64,000 nt of DNA from Amoebidium appalachense (lineage: Eukaryota > Protista > Ichthyosporea), in the NCBI GenBank assembly GCA_963693365.1, contig CAVNZM010000006.1, positions 7,605,264 to 7,669,263 of the forward strand, written 5' to 3'. Below, piece after piece: positions 51,116-64,000 of this stretch; within the stretch, counting starts at the first letter, position 1; each line of letters begins with the position of its first letter. The notes under the pieces were generated by a model. That model saw only the letters and a list, made by a program, of their open reading frames with translations. It searched no databases and was not told where the DNA came from. The position numbers and the translations under genes are program-made.

Positions 51116-51320
51116 ACGCACACACTTGTACAAGAGTCAAGCATCCCTGGCATGCTCCATTCATACCTCACTCCATCTCCCCCGGGGCCCATCACAAATA
51201 CACACTTGCACACAGCTTCCTTCTCCCCCCCCTCCGTTCCCCCCCAACAAACACAAAAGCACCCTCTTTATCAGACCCCATAAGGCCCATACTATCCATG
51301 GGGATAGAGGTAAAACTCAC

Positions 51321-51507
51321 CCCATGCTACGTCTGCTCTGTTGTGGCGTCCTCTTTAAAAGTGTGTCAGTTTTTCTCTTCGCACGGTCGTACGGTCCAAA
51401 CAAACTGGAAGCGTGCTGTATCCTATCTTTTTTTCCACACGTGCCTGCTATTAGCTGTGCCTCAAAGTGCAAATCGGCTTCGAAGGGTAAAACAAAGCAA
51501 GTCTTGC
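51321..51507 (-). CDS. Candidate 5' exon of TOPBP1 (BRCT0 region)
   Basis: Open frame KTCFVLPFEADLHFEAQLIAG..LFGPY bounded by aag acceptor and GTGAGT donor; phase link to 50148 and start codon not resolved. Confidence 0.35.
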
Positions 51508-51817
51508 CTTTTACGAACCAACAAAAAACAAGTGTGTTGCGCTATGTTTGTGCCAGAACCCAGCTGCAAGCCTGTGTGGTAGTCTTTAAAGCAACATAAT
51601 CTAAGCTAGTAGCCCTATTCGAAGAAGTTTTGTCATGTCAGCCTTACGAAAGAAAGGCCCCAGTAGTGGTACAACTCCAAGTCTTTCTGACCGGCTGCTG
51701 TTCATTATAACGAATCGGCTGAGCCTTGTCAGCCAGCTGCACTAATTGAATGAATATCATACAATATTGATGCCAGTATACTTATTTGCGATCAATGCAA
51801 CTGGCATGTTTGTTCAG

Positions 51818-51842
51818 AAAATGGCGCGAAAAATGGCGCGGG
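51818..51842 (-). promoter_or_regulatory. Tandem E2F-like (TTTCGCGCC) / YY1-like (AAAATGGCG) motifs at the probable TOPBP1 promoter
   Basis: aaaatggcgcgaaaaatggcgcggg directly upstream of minus-strand ATGs at 51807 and 51705. Confidence 0.5.
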
Positions 51843-53265
51843 TGGTTGGTCAAGATTTCGGAGCGAAAAAATTGATGAAAGCACTTCGATCCACCATTGA
51901 AGATCCACCAGAGGCTGTAGCTAAACGCCCATGCACCATGGCCAACGCACACACACGCACGCCGTGACATGTGGACACACACACAAAGACACAAAAACAC
52001 ATACTCCCCTCAATGAAATCACACACTCGCACACAAACACGTTGGAATATACATCCGAGTACGAACACCTGTACGCACACACGTACTGTACACACACACG
52101 CTTCCATGCGCGCACACGTTCACATACGCGCACGCATACATGTACATGTACACCGTGACACGTGTACACAAACGGACACACACACACATATATGTACACC
52201 GACAAAAACGCACGCACGCACACACACATGCGTACAGAAGTACCGGCATACAAACACATACATACACAAACATTCGCGCGCGGACACGCATGCAGGCACA
52301 CACACCGACGGTCACACACGCGCACACACAGTCACAGACGCACGCACTGCACACAGAAACAAACGCATGCGCACACATGTACATACACATTTAGTGGTCA
52401 GCAAACCGTGCATACTGTACTGCGCGTGTGTGGAAATTTCGCGATTATATATGGTCGCCAAGTTGAACTATCGATATCATCAGCTGCTGCAGCACAAACA
52501 TCATTCGAAAATTAAATATGTAGCTATAGCCAGATGACAGCGAACCAGATATATGACGAAGTTTGCACAGTTTGCACGCCATGGCCGTGTGACTGCAAGA
52601 GCTATTCGAAGCTTGATTTTCTGACGGCGTGCTAGCTAGAGGCTCAGGAAAGGGGGAGTTGGGGGGGGGGGGGGGGGGGCTGGCTAATACTACTAACAAA
52701 ATAGGGGTGCGTTTGCTCTGGTCTGTGCAAACCCGTAAAAAAAACCAAACGCGAAATATGTAAGGGCACCAAAAGAAATTTTCACGAAAAAGCCCAACAC
52801 GTACGTGTACTACACACATGTGTACACAACAGAGAACACATAACACCAAACAAAATTTTCACGAAAAAGGCCCAACACACACTGAGCTCTAATCGCTGGC
52901 AAACCCGAAGACAGAGCGTGACGGCGGAAAAACGTTGCCATGTTTAGGCACAACTCAGCCTCTCGTGCACACGGGCCGTTATATTTTGTTTAGAGTAAGC
53001 ACCAGCGATCAACAAAAGCTCGCTATCATATTCCATGCCGGTCAACCAACACTCCGGTACCAACACACCAGGTTTGGTACGAACGAGCCATGATGTGGTA
53101 TTGGGTAGTAAATATTTATGTCATTCATACATAATAATCTGACTCTAGCAGAATATACACGGGGGTTTTAGATCTCCTGTTTATAAACTTGCACATTCTT
53201 TCGTTCATTTTGCCATCAGAACATACCATTTACAGATATGGGCAAACCACTCATAGTGTGTGTGT

Positions 53266-53296
<31 letters not shown>

Positions 53297-53339
53297 ATGT
53301 GTGTGTGTGTGTGCGGGCGGTGCGCGGCCGCACGTGTGT

Positions 53340-53378
<39 letters not shown>

Positions 53379-53394
53379 TGTGCGCGCGGGGTGT

Positions 53395-53468
<74 letters not shown>

Positions 53469-53688
53469 CGCGCTTGTGCGTGTGCACAACAGTGTAATGC
53501 GCATATGTTCCTTTCTGTGAAGGGGTGCTCGTGTGTGTGCCTGCACACATGTCCGTGCTAACGCCTGTTCAAGTGCCTATGTGCCCATGTGTTCACACAG
53601 CTAGTAAGGCGTGGCTAATGCGTCGGCACCCCAAATGGCATAGGCCACTGAGGGAAAAAAGGTGGCAGGTAGTACTTGATGTTCAACC

Positions 53689-58560
<4,872 letters not shown>

Positions 58561-59488
58561 GGTGACTACCAGTTTTCCAACATTGAGGATATGCTGTGCT
58601 ATGGCAGCCTTGAACTTCCTTTGAAAAACAAAGCAAAAACAATCTTCAAACACAGGTAAAAAAATTCTCTAGCTGAGATCAGCCTGAGAGTTGGCATGTT
58701 CTGCCAGAGTAATTTGGAGAGAGATGCCTGGCACGGGCTGGCCCGACCCAACCGTTCCTCGGTTCGGGTCTCGAACATCGGGGCCCAGCTGCAGGTCGAT
58801 GGCGCGCGAAAGGACATGCATGTGGCAAACGTCTTAGAACACTCTAGTTTGTGTGTACGCACGAACGCATCTTTTTACAAACATGTATTTTATTTCTTAT
58901 ATTATTTGAACTGAATGTTCTTTTCCAAGCTTCCTTGTATTACGTTTATGTATTTAGCAGAAGTAAACTACATATGGGCTGATCTAAGATAAGACCGAAT
59001 CGAACTGAACACGCTGGTACCTTGCTGGGCCGGATCGGGTTTACCCGGGCGATTCAAATCCCGGGCATCCGACTGAATAACGGTCACATCCTCTCTCACT
59101 TTCACTTTGTTTGAAAACCGAAATGTTTTGTGTTCCAGTTTGAATCCAAACTATGAATGCCTGCATGTTTTACCCGTAGAAGTAGAGTAAAAAGAGAAAA
59201 GTAGAAAGTAAGAAAGCTAGGGAGTTGCTGTGCGGGAGGCCAACTAGACCCACTGCGTGAAAAGTAGGGATTTTGTTCGTGCCACGTGTTGGCTTATCGA
59301 TGCTCTCGTTAGTCAGTTAACCACATTAAGCACGTGATTTAAATAATAACGCGCTATAATTCCTGGTTATAAGCATTTACACGCACCACATATACGAGTT
59401 CACGCTCTTCCCCAGTTCTCTGGCATGGTTTGCTTGACCAGAACGAACAAGCGGCAAACGTATATGGTTTTATTCGCTAGACAGGAAA
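58561..59488. promoter_or_regulatory. Bidirectional promoter region BORCS6/NEK2
   Basis: Divergent ATGs 58560(-) and 59489(+). Region is free of microsatellites and has GGCGCGCGAAA (58801), TAACGG (59078) and TTTGAA (about 58906, 59110, 59139). Confidence 0.6.
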
Positions 59489-63528
<4,040 letters not shown>

Positions 63529-63535
63529 GTAATCC

Positions 63536-63589
<54 letters not shown>

Positions 63590-63949
63590 GTGGTTGGGTA
63601 AGTGGGTGGGTGGGTGGGTGGGTGTTTGTGTGTTGTGGGTGGGTGGGTGGGCGGGTGGGTTTGTGGGTGGGTGTGGGTGTATGGGTGGGTGGGTGTGGGT
63701 GTGTGTATATGGGTGGAAGGATGTAGGCGTGGGTGTGGGTGTGCGCGTGGGTGGGTGTGTGCCTGCGGTTTTCAATGTGATTGTCGGTGGTGATTATGGT
63801 GATGAAGGAGGTGGGGAGGAGAGAAGAGAGGAGATAGAAGTGGAGAGGGACACGTTAGCATCCACATTGCGTACACTTTTACCTTTGTCATCTCTCTGTG
63901 TAAAGCATTTGATGTGCCACAGCTGACGTCCCGCGGGAACAACCCTATC

Positions 63950-63980
<31 letters not shown>

Positions 63981-64000
63981 AAAAAAAAAAAAAAAAAGAA

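Overview
Eukaryotic, intron-rich genomic window, probably from a unicellular opisthokont such as a holozoan (inference from gene content only). Introns are saturated with poly-C/G runs and (CA)/(GT)/(AG) microsatellites, so almost all listed ORFs are low-complexity artefacts. Five spliced genes could be rebuilt by hand: the 3' part of a monoglyceride lipase-like alpha/beta hydrolase (+), a membrane-anchored S41-family peptidase (-), a multi-BRCT TOPBP1 homologue (-, about 30 kb), BORCS6/lyspersin (-), and the 5' part of a NEK2/NIMA kinase (+) head-to-head with BORCS6. The most unusual signals are in the introns. (1) 'Exon-end echoes': tandem copies of an exon 3' end plus its intact donor site lie in the downstream intron of several genes, often differing from the real exon at synonymous positions. 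(2) A hairpin-rich, modular, recently mobile repeat family occurs only in introns and always sense to the host gene, with a 453-bp tandem duplication and hammerhead-like CUGAnGA/GAAA motifs. (3) Introns are polarised, with (GT)n after donors and (AC)n or poly-C before acceptors. (4) Six exon frameshifts all look like +1 base in a homopolymer, most likely assembly error. Exon boundaries were read by eye and are unverified.
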